Shown here: piece after piece, positions 47,085 to 53,873 of the stretch
How positions within the stretch are numbered: position 1 is the first letter of the stretch
How the letters are laid out: the number at the start of each line of letters is the position of its first letter
Source: a virus
Lineage: Duplodnaviria > Caudoviricetes
Virus record (IMG/VR): IMGVR_UViG_3300004805_000008
Location: 1-53,873 of that record
Length of the DNA stretch: 53,873 nt
Direction: 5' to 3' (one strand)
Notes under the pieces: model-generated
What the model was told of the DNA's origin: nothing
The model's database searches: none
What the model saw: only the letters and a program-made list of their open reading frames with translations
Made by a program: the position numbers and the translations under genes

Positions 47085-47456
47085 ATGAGTTACGTTTATA
47101 AGAATATCACTAACCAGCCCCAACTAATCGCAGTTGTTAACGAGTCTCGTACTGATGTCTCGCACATTCCTCTTTCACCAGGTGCCCGTATCGAGCTAAA
47201 TGAGGCTACCCTAGACATGTATATGCCTCATATCCTTGCCCGTCTTAACGGTGATGGTCAAGATATCACTCATATGATTCTTCGTCAAGCTGAAGAGCAG
47301 AAGGCCGCCCTTGCCCGTACTGTCGCCGCAAAAGAAGCTTTCGCTGCTCAGTCAGCTGCTCCTGTTGCTCCAGTAGTTGAGGAAGTGGTACCCGCAGTTG
47401 AGGTTGTAGAAGAAGTCGCTCCAGTAGTTGGAAAGACTAAATCCAAGAAGGTTTAA
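47085..47456 (+). CDS. Hypothetical protein with an Ala/Val/Glu/Pro tail
   Basis: AAGGAG RBS; N-terminus resembles 36414. Confidence 0.75.
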   Translation: MSYVYKNITNQPQLIAVVNESRTDVSHIPLSPGARIELNEATLDMYMPHILARLNGDGQDITHMILRQAEEQKAALARTVAAKEAFAAQSAAPVAPVVEEVVPAVEVVEEVAPVVGKTKSKKV

Positions 47457-47459
47457 TTA

Positions 47460-48398
47460 ATGCGTCCGGCAAAGAGAAACTTCGCTTCCACTTATCTTAA
47501 CTCAGAGTCAGTACAAACTACTGCTAAGGCTATGCTCCAGGCTGTATTAGAAGAGTTTTCTACTCCTTCTATGACTACTGGCCCTGGCCCTTCAGATCCT
47601 AATGGAAAAGTAAAGCAAGCTAATCAAGCCAAGGTAGCCCAGGCACAGGAGACTCTAAAACAAGGGACTCCTGCTGCCTCTCCTACCCTAATGCCTGGAA
47701 TGATGAGTCAAGAAGATTTTGACAAACTTCCAAATGCTGCTCCCACTGATGTAATTATTAAGAAGGGTGCTGACGGTAAGTATTATTTCTCCTCTGCTAT
47801 AGATCCTACTAAGTTTTCTTTCTTCGCTCCATCCAAACCTGGAGCCGCTCAACCAATTCAGGCCCAGGTTCAACAAGTAGCTGAAGCCTACGATTTTATG
47901 GATCCGTTCTTATTTGAAGATAGCGATGTATTAGCACCTATTGATACTATGGATAAGCCAGCTACCCCCGCTCCCGTAGTCAAGATTGAAGTAGAAGTCA
48001 TTACTCCAGAGTCTGATGAAGACCCTGAAGACGATGAGGACGAAGAAGAGGAAGAGAAGCCAAAGAAGAAGACAAAAAAGAAAAAGAAGGAAGACGAAGA
48101 AGAGAATGAAGAAGAATCAGATGAAGATGCTGAATATGATATATTCGCCAGTCTTCCTCCTCTTGACCTAACTAATGATATTCAAAGAGCGGTTGCTGAC
48201 GCTCAACAGGATATGATGCCTAACGTTAGAGTTCTTCCAACTACTCAACAAAGAGCCGAAGTTATTCGAGATGGCCCAATAGGTACAGTAAAGCCAGTTG
48301 GAAAACCTTCAGTCCACAAGATTCTTCCCTTAGAATTAGATCCAGAAGGGCTTAGTGTTGTTGGGATGGATAATTCTCTAGGACTGAGATTTTTGTAG
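47460..48398 (+). CDS. Hypothetical low-complexity protein, possible head core protein
   Basis: Acidic and Lys blocks; VLEE, VAE|A and LFE|D sites. Confidence 0.7.
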   Translation: MRPAKRNFASTYLNSESVQTTAKAMLQAVLEEFSTPSMTTGPGPSDPNGKVKQANQAKVAQAQETLKQGTPAASPTLMPGMMSQEDFDKLPNAAPTDVIIKKGADGKYYFSSAIDPTKFSFFAPSKPGAAQPIQAQVQQVAEAYDFMDPFLFEDSDVLAPIDTMDKPATPAPVVKIEVEVITPESDEDPEDDEDEEEEEKPKKKTKKKKKEDEEENEEESDEDAEYDIFASLPPLDLTNDIQRAVADAQQDMMPNVRVLPTTQQRAEVIRDGPIGTVKPVGKPSVHKILPLELDPEGLSVVGMDNSLGLRFL

Positions 48399-48414
48399 TA
48401 CTTAATACTTCCTT

Positions 48415-48442
48415 AGACGGACTCTTTATCGGGTCCGTTTTT
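48415..48442 (+). terminator. Intrinsic terminator
   Basis: AGACGGACTC-TTTATC-GGGTCCGTTT-TT. Confidence 0.78.
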
Positions 48443-48451
48443 GTTTAAAGC

Positions 48452-48458
48452 GAATTAA
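48452..48458 (+). promoter_or_regulatory. Putative late promoter GAATTAA
   Basis: After the terminator, before 48470. Confidence 0.62.
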
Positions 48459-48469
48459 TTTCAAGAGGC

Positions 48470-48961
48470 ATGTATATTATGCAAATTCAGGACAATCTAA
48501 ATCTTCGTGGCGATGTTCTTATTACTGGTGTAGATTCAACTACTGGCGAGCAGACTACTTTCGTAGATGACAAAAACTTAATCGTTCTTAATGGAAGAGA
48601 AAAGTTAGCTAACCTCCTACTCAATGCCGTAGGACAGAGAATTGACACTATTATTCTGGGATCTGGTGGAACTCCTGCTAATAATCCTACCCTACCTTAT
48701 GCTGTTGATCCTACTGAGACGGATGTAAAAGTACGATTAGTTCCTGGGGTACTAGATACTAAGACGTTCACTATTGACTCTTCCGCAAAACCTAAGTTAG
48801 CCTTTACTTTGATTATTCCAGAGACTTCTTATAATGAGAAGGGCATTAACGAATTAGGATTAATGCTGAATGATGATACAGCTTTCGCAATCAAGCGTTT
48901 TGCTACCATTACAAAGAGCTCAAGTCTCTCACTCAAAATCGTCTGGACTATCTACCTTTAA
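48470..48961 (+). CDS. Baseplate wedge / tail-collar-like protein
   Basis: NLIVLNGREKLANLL, ILGSGG, INELGL, FATITKS...IVWTI; start may be 48479. Confidence 0.65.
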   Translation: MYIMQIQDNLNLRGDVLITGVDSTTGEQTTFVDDKNLIVLNGREKLANLLLNAVGQRIDTIILGSGGTPANNPTLPYAVDPTETDVKVRLVPGVLDTKTFTIDSSAKPKLAFTLIIPETSYNEKGINELGLMLNDDTAFAIKRFATITKSSSLSLKIVWTIYL

Positions 48962-48982
48962 CCCTACAACGAGTAACTATTA

Positions 48983-50338
48983 ATGGCTATTATTTTAGAT
49001 CGACAGGGAAATAAACTACCTCCAGTAGTTAACCAGTTTACTCGAACTACTATAGATCGAGAAAGCATGCTGTATCAATATCAGAATACAGTAGAGAGTT
49101 CCTATGTAGGTGATATTCGTCACTTAGTTAATAAGTTTGGTGAGTATCTTAAGACTAAAAATCATTATATTGACGTAATAAAAAATATGGCCATTGAATT
49201 CCCTATTCGCTATGCTGCTCCAAACCTAGTATTCTCTGACAATCTAGGTGCTAATGGAGTTGCAGAAGAGGCATCAATTAAAGATAGAATAGTCCTACCT
49301 GTGATCTCTTATGTGCTAAAGGGAATAGAGTATGACAATAAGAGAGCAGTAGATCCTTGCGTACGATACTGGTATAAGCCTGACAAGAATGATCCGTCAA
49401 AGACTTTAGTTACAACTGCTCCTAAGCCAATGAATTACAACTTTCAAGTGGATGTATGGACTGAAACTAGAGAGTCTTTTAACCAGATAATCACGGCATT
49501 TCAACTAGATTTTAACCCTTACTCACACCTCATGGACTTATATTCCTATGATGATGAGACTCAGAAATCTACGTATATTCCATATGCTAGAATGAACCTC
49601 ACCTCTTATAGTGATGCTTCTAACATAGTACCTGGAACCGATAGACGAGTAGTAAGAGGAACTTTAAACATTACTGTAGAAGGGTGGTTAACTCAGCCAC
49701 CAACTTCAATGTCCTACGTATTCACTACAAGTTTCAATGTGGACGGAGAATACGGAAGTTCTGCAGGGCCGCTCATGGCTAAGAAATGGGCAGATTCAGT
49801 TTGGACAGGTGGAGATACTATGGGTGTAGCAAGCGTATTTGGTAGACAGGGAATAGTTACTGGAGCAGTTGGTGACTATAATCCAGAACAGATTATCGTA
49901 GATCAAGCATTGACAGGTATTGCAGCACCTGGAGATACATTACAAGAAGCACTATCCAGTATCAATCAGAGAATTGCTAAAGATACCTTCAGTATTGCCC
50001 TTTCTGAGCCGATGATTCCAGGTACGGTATTTAGAATTATCAATCAGAAAGCATATAAGGTAAAATCAATAGACTCTACTACTCCTAATGTAGACGGAGT
50101 AGTTCTAACTGGAGGTAATGCTCTTGATGTCATTACTGCAGGTAGAAAAGTCAACACTGAATACGATTTAGGTATTCTTCAGACCACAGATGGCTGGTTA
50201 TATTTAGGTCAGGATGGTACTTTGACTAGTACTATTCCAACAAGTGTAGCAGGAGATGTGTATATTCTAGTTGTAGGTAAAGCAATGGCAGGAACTAACT
50301 CTTTCATTCTGGATCCAAAAACTCCAGTTAAGTTATAG
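48983..50338 (+). CDS. Tail terminator / sheath stabiliser (T4 gp15-like) with a C-terminal extension
   Basis: FPIRYA, IVLPVISY...IEYDNKR, PKPMNYNFQVDVWT...NQII...FNP. Confidence 0.72.
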   Translation: MAIILDRQGNKLPPVVNQFTRTTIDRESMLYQYQNTVESSYVGDIRHLVNKFGEYLKTKNHYIDVIKNMAIEFPIRYAAPNLVFSDNLGANGVAEEASIKDRIVLPVISYVLKGIEYDNKRAVDPCVRYWYKPDKNDPSKTLVTTAPKPMNYNFQVDVWTETRESFNQIITAFQLDFNPYSHLMDLYSYDDETQKSTYIPYARMNLTSYSDASNIVPGTDRRVVRGTLNITVEGWLTQPPTSMSYVFTTSFNVDGEYGSSAGPLMAKKWADSVWTGGDTMGVASVFGRQGIVTGAVGDYNPEQIIVDQALTGIAAPGDTLQEALSSINQRIAKDTFSIALSEPMIPGTVFRIINQKAYKVKSIDSTTPNVDGVVLTGGNALDVITAGRKVNTEYDLGILQTTDGWLYLGQDGTLTSTIPTSVAGDVYILVVGKAMAGTNSFILDPKTPVKL

Positions 50339-50346
50339 GATACATA

Positions 50347-50739
50347 ATGGCCCAGACTCTTCTAAAACTATTACCCGATGGTGCCGGAAACGAACAAGTT
50401 TCTGTGTCTATCCGTTCATTAAAAGATTCTGTTGCTTCTGATGCATCCACTGTTAATACTACCGTTATTTTTGATGCTGACTATAAGAAAATTAATCTTT
50501 TAGCCGATACTAATATTACATTCTCGGGTGGTACTAAGGATGGACAACAGTTAGTTTTAGCTCTAGTGCAAGCAGATATAGTTCCTCATACTGTAACTTT
50601 TACGAATGTTAGACTTGGAACAGATATTTTCAGTGTTCCATTGTTAACTACTGCTCTAGGAAAAACAGATAGATTGATGTTTTTCTACGATTTAACATCA
50701 AACACATATGATCTCATAGGATATGCACGTGGCTTTTAA
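50347..50739 (+). CDS. Hypothetical virion protein
   Basis: 130 aa, beta-rich; AGGA RBS. Confidence 0.72.
   Translation: MAQTLLKLLPDGAGNEQVSVSIRSLKDSVASDASTVNTTVIFDADYKKINLLADTNITFSGGTKDGQQLVLALVQADIVPHTVTFTNVRLGTDIFSVPLLTTALGKTDRLMFFYDLTSNTYDLIGYARGF
50484..50510 (+). promoter_or_regulatory. Putative intragenic sigma28-like promoter for GIY-YIG
   Basis: TAAG-N15-GCCGATAC(T), about 210 nt upstream of ATG 50723. Confidence 0.5.
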
Positions 50740-51511
50740 AAGTGGAATTTATATTATAACCAATACCTTGAACAATAAGGTATATATTGGTCAATCTACT
50801 AATATAAATAAGCGCCTATCCAAACATAAGCGAGAGTTATTTAGTAATACACATTTTAATAGTCATTTACAACTATCTTATAATTTACATGCGGAACAGT
50901 TTACATTTACTCCCTTACTATATTGTTCAATAAGTGATTTAGACTTGTATGAAATTAGACTTATTCGGTCGTATAGGGCAAGTGAAAGACAGTATGGATA
51001 TAATAATGAGTGTGGTGGTTCTTTAAATAAAATAGTATCTGAAGAAACTAAAAGAAAGCTATCCTTGGCTCAAACTGGTAAGACTCCTCCCAATAAAGGA
51101 GTCCCATGTACAGCTGAAACAAAGGCAAGGATTTCGGCTAGTAAAACCGGATGTATTCTGCGACCACGAACCGAAGAAGAGAAACAAAGAATTTCTGAGA
51201 GTAACAAAGGTCAGAAACGATCTGATGAAACCAAACTAAATATGTCTCTCTCTCATCAAGGTCCTCGCCCGTATCAAATAGGACGCAAGCATAGTGACGA
51301 AGCAAAACAGAAGGTGTCTGAAGCTAACAAGGGTAGGTCAGCCTGGAATAGGGGTATTGCTACCTCAGAAGAAGATAAAGAGAAACTAAGAAAACCAAAA
51401 AATAATACTGAAAAAATGAGAAAGCCCAAATCCGAAGAGCACAGGAAAAACATAAGTTTGGCTCAAATTGGACGAGTTCCGTGGAATAAAGGAATTAAAA
51501 AAGACAAGTAA
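50723..51511 (+). CDS. GIY-YIG homing endonuclease with NUMOD3-type repeats
   Basis: SGIYIITN...VYIGQS, R..H, GYN; repeated SEETKRKLS / SDETKLNMS / HSDEAKQKVS; PWNKG. Confidence 0.93.
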   Translation: MHVAFKSGIYIITNTLNNKVYIGQSTNINKRLSKHKRELFSNTHFNSHLQLSYNLHAEQFTFTPLLYCSISDLDLYEIRLIRSYRASERQYGYNNECGGSLNKIVSEETKRKLSLAQTGKTPPNKGVPCTAETKARISASKTGCILRPRTEEEKQRISESNKGQKRSDETKLNMSLSHQGPRPYQIGRKHSDEAKQKVSEANKGRSAWNRGIATSEEDKEKLRKPKNNTEKMRKPKSEEHRKNISLAQIGRVPWNKGIKKDK

Positions 51512-51515
51512 TTAA
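51509..51515 (+). promoter_or_regulatory. Putative late promoter TAATTAA
   Basis: Overlaps the GIY-YIG stop; TAATTAA-ATAT-A. Confidence 0.65.
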
Positions 51516-51558
51516 ATATATAGGTAATTCATAACATTCTAACACAGGAGAAATAAAA

Positions 51559-51960
51559 ATGGCCTTCACCCTCATTGATGCAGTGAAAAATTCAGCCTTA
51601 AATACAATTACTACAGCTATTGGAGCGAGTCCTTTACTTAGAATATATGACGCAACTGGTGGCGTTCCTGCTAATGCTAACGCTGCTCTAGGTTCTCAGG
51701 TTCTTTTAGGTACCTTAACCTTCTCAGCTACTCCCTTTCCCGCAGCCGCAACTGGTACTCTAACCGCCAATGCTATTACCCAGGACTCCGCTGCTGACGC
51801 TACAGGTACTGCTGCCTTTTATAGAATTCTTAATAGTGCTGGTACTACTACCTACGCTCAGGGCACTGTCGGTACTTCGGGTGCTGATCTTAACCTCAAT
51901 ACGGTATCAATTGTTCTAGGCGGACCCATCAGCGTAACGGCTCTTACCATAAGCATTTAA
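51559..51960 (+). CDS. Small Ala/Thr-rich virion protein
   Basis: LRIYD...DSAADATGTAAFYRI...QGTVGTSGADLNLN; AGGAG RBS. Confidence 0.8.
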   Translation: MAFTLIDAVKNSALNTITTAIGASPLLRIYDATGGVPANANAALGSQVLLGTLTFSATPFPAAATGTLTANAITQDSAADATGTAAFYRILNSAGTTTYAQGTVGTSGADLNLNTVSIVLGGPISVTALTISI

Positions 51961-51962
51961 CC

Positions 51963-52007
51963 TAATTAATATTTAAAAGGACTCCTCCTATAGTTGGGGA
52001 GTCCTTT
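51963..52007 (+). promoter_or_regulatory. TAATTAA followed by a hairpin (terminator or 5' stabiliser)
   Basis: TAATTAA 51963-69; AAAGGACTCCTC / GGGGAGTCCTTT at 51976-52007. Confidence 0.6.
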
Positions 52008-52038
52008 GATTTGCTAGCTCATTCCAAAGGGGAATTAT

Positions 52039-52242
52039 ATGAAGAATGTACTACTCGCTCTACTACTCTCACTAAGCACCGTTGCTTTTGCTCAAGAAGG
52101 TCCTCATAGGTCCTCTGCTCCTCTCGCTCCCAAGGCTGAGAAGAAGGTCGATACTCCCAAGGGTAAGAAGAAGTCCAAGAAGGCTAAGAAGGAAGTTGTT
52201 GTAACTCCCGCTGCTCCTAAGGTTGACGCTGCAAAGAAGTAA
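52039..52242 (+). CDS. Small secreted Lys/Ala/Pro-rich protein
   Basis: Sec signal MKNVLLALLLSLSTVAFA|Q; AAGGGG RBS. Confidence 0.8.
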   Translation: MKNVLLALLLSLSTVAFAQEGPHRSSAPLAPKAEKKVDTPKGKKKSKKAKKEVVVTPAAPKVDAAKK

Positions 52243-52259
52243 CCTTTCCAGTTATTTAG

Positions 52260-52285
52260 AAAATAGCCCTTCGGGGCTATTTTTT
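52260..52285 (+). terminator. Intrinsic terminator with a cUUCGg tetraloop
   Basis: AAATAGCCC-TTCG-GGGCTATTT-TTT. Confidence 0.9.
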
Positions 52286-52287
52286 AT

Positions 52288-52314
52288 TAAAGTTAACCTT
52301 TAGCTTTCCGATGA
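52288..52314 (+). promoter_or_regulatory. Putative sigma28-like promoter
   Basis: TAAAGTT...: TAAA-N15-TCCGATGA, 6 nt before ATG 52321. Confidence 0.6.
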
Positions 52315-52320
52315 GTAGGT

Positions 52321-52443
52321 ATGGAAAAAACTTTAGTTGAACTAGTCAATCAGTGGCTTCAAGAAATCGATGACACCGAAGAATATGAGGAAGTGGTGGA
52401 AGAGACTACTTCTACTGTAATACGATTAGATCTTCTCGTATAG
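52321..52443 (+). CDS. Small acidic protein (40 aa), not in the ORF track
   Basis: MEKTLVELVNQWLQEIDDTEEYEEVVEETTSTVIRLDLLV; fills the gap between promoter motifs. Confidence 0.55.
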   Translation: MEKTLVELVNQWLQEIDDTEEYEEVVEETTSTVIRLDLLV

Positions 52444-52460
52444 ACTTAATCTCAATCTGG

Positions 52461-52467
52461 TAATTAA
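52461..52467 (+). promoter_or_regulatory. Putative late promoter TAATTAA
   Basis: Before 52488. Confidence 0.65.
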
Positions 52468-52487
52468 GTATTGGATACAGATAAACT

Positions 52488-52835
52488 ATGCCTCATTTAA
52501 AAGACCGAGTTCAAGAAACTACTACAACCACGGGAAACTCAACTATTACCCTAGCCGGTGCAAAAACTGGCTATCGTACTTTTGCTAGTTGTCTTAAGTT
52601 GGGTGAGATGACTCATTACTGCATTACTGACGGTACTAATTGGGAAGTCGGTAAGGGATACTTAGTTACGTCTTCTACCTTATATAGAGATACCCTTTTA
52701 TCCAGTAGCACTGAAGACTTTATTGTTTTTGGGGCAGGATCAAAAGATGTTTTCGTTACAGCATCGGCAGAGTTTTTAGACAATGCAAGTATGGGAATGC
52801 AAATAGCAGGTAGAACCAATTTACTACTGCCTTAA
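52488..52835 (+). CDS. Tail-fibre-associated virion protein
   Basis: DRVQETTTTTG...LAGA..GYRTF...WEVGKG...GAGSKDVFVT, a common phage fibre N-terminal pattern. Confidence 0.75.
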   Translation: MPHLKDRVQETTTTTGNSTITLAGAKTGYRTFASCLKLGEMTHYCITDGTNWEVGKGYLVTSSTLYRDTLLSSSTEDFIVFGAGSKDVFVTASAEFLDNASMGMQIAGRTNLLLP

Positions 52836-52863
52836 TAACTAATAAATATCAGGAGAATAACAA

Positions 52864-53610
52864 ATGTCAGGAAATTCGGATCCTATTTTTTCAAGAGTCG
52901 GTGATGTTCAGGGTGGTGCGGTTCTAACTACACAGGCCACTACTGACTACACTGGTCAGAACATCAATAACGCTATTGTCTTCACAGCAGATGCTACCAA
53001 CGGCGGGTACATTCAGAGGCTTCGATTTAAAGCTCTAGGTACTAATACTGCTTCAGTAGCCCGTATTTATTACAACTCTGGTACTGGAAGACTCGCCTCT
53101 ATTGCTGGAACTATGTCGGCAATCACTCCTGCTGGAACTCCATCTAATAGTGGCGGTACTTTACTTGCGGGTCCATACTACGCTAAAGTTTTACCAGTTG
53201 ATCAGTATGGATCTATTGGTACGAGTTCTCTGGAATCTGCCTTAGTTACAGTAGTCTCAGGTAGTACTGGGTCTATTGCTTGGACATGGACTGCGGTAGC
53301 TGGTGCTGCCTCGTACATGCTTTTCGTAGGTTCTGCAACAGGTGGTGAAATAACCTGGTTCAGTGCTACTACTAACTCGTTCTCTCAAACAGCAGCTGTT
53401 GGTAGTAGAGACTCCGTCAACGGTATCAATACTACTGCACTCTACGGTGAAGTAGCATTACCTGGTACTACTGCCATTGCTACCACCAGTACAGTGGATA
53501 TTGATTATCCAATGAACTTTGCTCTCCCTCCTGGCGGTAGAATCCTAGTAGGCTTAGGAACTACCGTAGCGGCTGGATGGTCAGTTACGGCTATTGGAGG
53601 TAAGTATTAA
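52864..53610 (+). CDS. Virion protein (Gly/Ala/Thr-rich)
   Basis: NSDPIF, VFTADATNGGYIQRLRFKALGTN, ends AIGGKY; AGGAG RBS. Confidence 0.78.
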   Translation: MSGNSDPIFSRVGDVQGGAVLTTQATTDYTGQNINNAIVFTADATNGGYIQRLRFKALGTNTASVARIYYNSGTGRLASIAGTMSAITPAGTPSNSGGTLLAGPYYAKVLPVDQYGSIGTSSLESALVTVVSGSTGSIAWTWTAVAGAASYMLFVGSATGGEITWFSATTNSFSQTAAVGSRDSVNGINTTALYGEVALPGTTAIATTSTVDIDYPMNFALPPGGRILVGLGTTVAAGWSVTAIGGKY

Positions 53611-53873
53611 TGAAGTATTTACTAGTTCATTTTGTAGCGTTAGACCAAAACGGATACCAAGAAGTATTTAAAGGTAATCTCCAACGCATTACAGATATGG
53701 ATGGTAATACTATGTCTGAAGCTAATACTGGAGATATCTATGTAGTAGATGGTAATCCAACACAACCTTCTTGGGCATTACCAGATCCTGTAGAGGAATT
53801 AGTTAAACCTGCTCCAGTACAGCTATCTAAGCTTGAGTTTCTTGAAGCCTTTACTGAAGATGAATTAGAACTT
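53610..53873 (+). CDS. Partial ORF, probable tail-fibre-associated protein
   Basis: ATG overlaps the upstream TAA with a GGAGG RBS; MKYLLVHF...PVQLSKLEFLEAFTEDELEL runs off the window. Confidence 0.7.
   Translation, partial: MKYLLVHFVALDQNGYQEVFKGNLQRITDMDGNTMSEANTGDIYVVDGNPTQPSWALPDPVEELVKPAPVQLSKLEFLEAFTEDELEL

Noticed and set aside
16153-49369. Intragenic CGATACT at about 16155, 17564 and 49364
   Set aside because: -35 positions read TTTT, TGAA and AGAG and no non-structural gene follows; several chance hits are expected for a 7-mer in 54 kb
15159-50810. T4 late consensus TATAAATA (e.g. near 15159, 24344, 33929, 43478, 50803) as the late promoter
   Set aside because: Mostly inside genes and absent upstream of portal, MCP, tube and sheath; AATTAA fits those positions instead
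3940-52819. Other short ORFs nested in or antisense to long genes (e.g. 3940, 7405, 9312, 11683, 14653, 19462, 27022, 34452, 35511, 40993, 52616)
   Set aside because: They overlap well-supported genes and have no protein motifs; expected from codon bias
1-53873. Stop-codon reassignment, integrase/att sites, CRISPR arrays, tRNA genes
   Set aside because: Genes are full length in the standard code and end in TAA, TAG and TGA; none of the other elements were seen by eye (tRNAscan and CRISPR finders were not run)

Overview
A 54-kb piece of a large, T4-like (contractile-tailed) dsDNA phage genome that uses the standard genetic code. A minus-strand arm (1-10982) carries a giant ORF of >1199 aa that the ORF track misses, small Zn-finger proteins, a SWIM protein, primase, an HD nucleotidase, a T4 RNase H/FEN-like nuclease and an apparently dead paralog of it. 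From an AT-rich divergent control region (10983-11317) the plus strand runs: gp32-like SSB, UvsX/RecA, gp55-like late sigma, terminase, portal, prohead core, protease, scaffold, major capsid, HNH, dNMP kinase, tube, sheath, baseplate/hub, tape measure, fibre-like proteins, gp15-like terminator, GIY-YIG endonuclease and further tail genes. The most interesting signal is a regulatory programme readable in the non-coding DNA. (i) Sigma-28/FliA-like promoters (TAA[A/G]-N15-NNCGATAC) precede the replication genes, the late-sigma gene and both homing endonucleases. (ii) A non-T4 late-promoter motif, (T/G)AATTAA-N3-4-YR, occurs at about 26 intergenic or gene-junction sites before virion genes, and some of these imply leaderless mRNAs. 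(iii) A 107-nt rod-shaped RNA between the late sigma and terminase genes contains that motif and competes with a terminator/RBS hairpin. There is also a candidate RF2-like +1 frameshift in the baseplate-chaperone gene, and a set of probable capsid-packaged proteins that includes a stand-alone sigma-region-4-like protein. All calls come from reading motifs by eye; no searches or folding programs were run.
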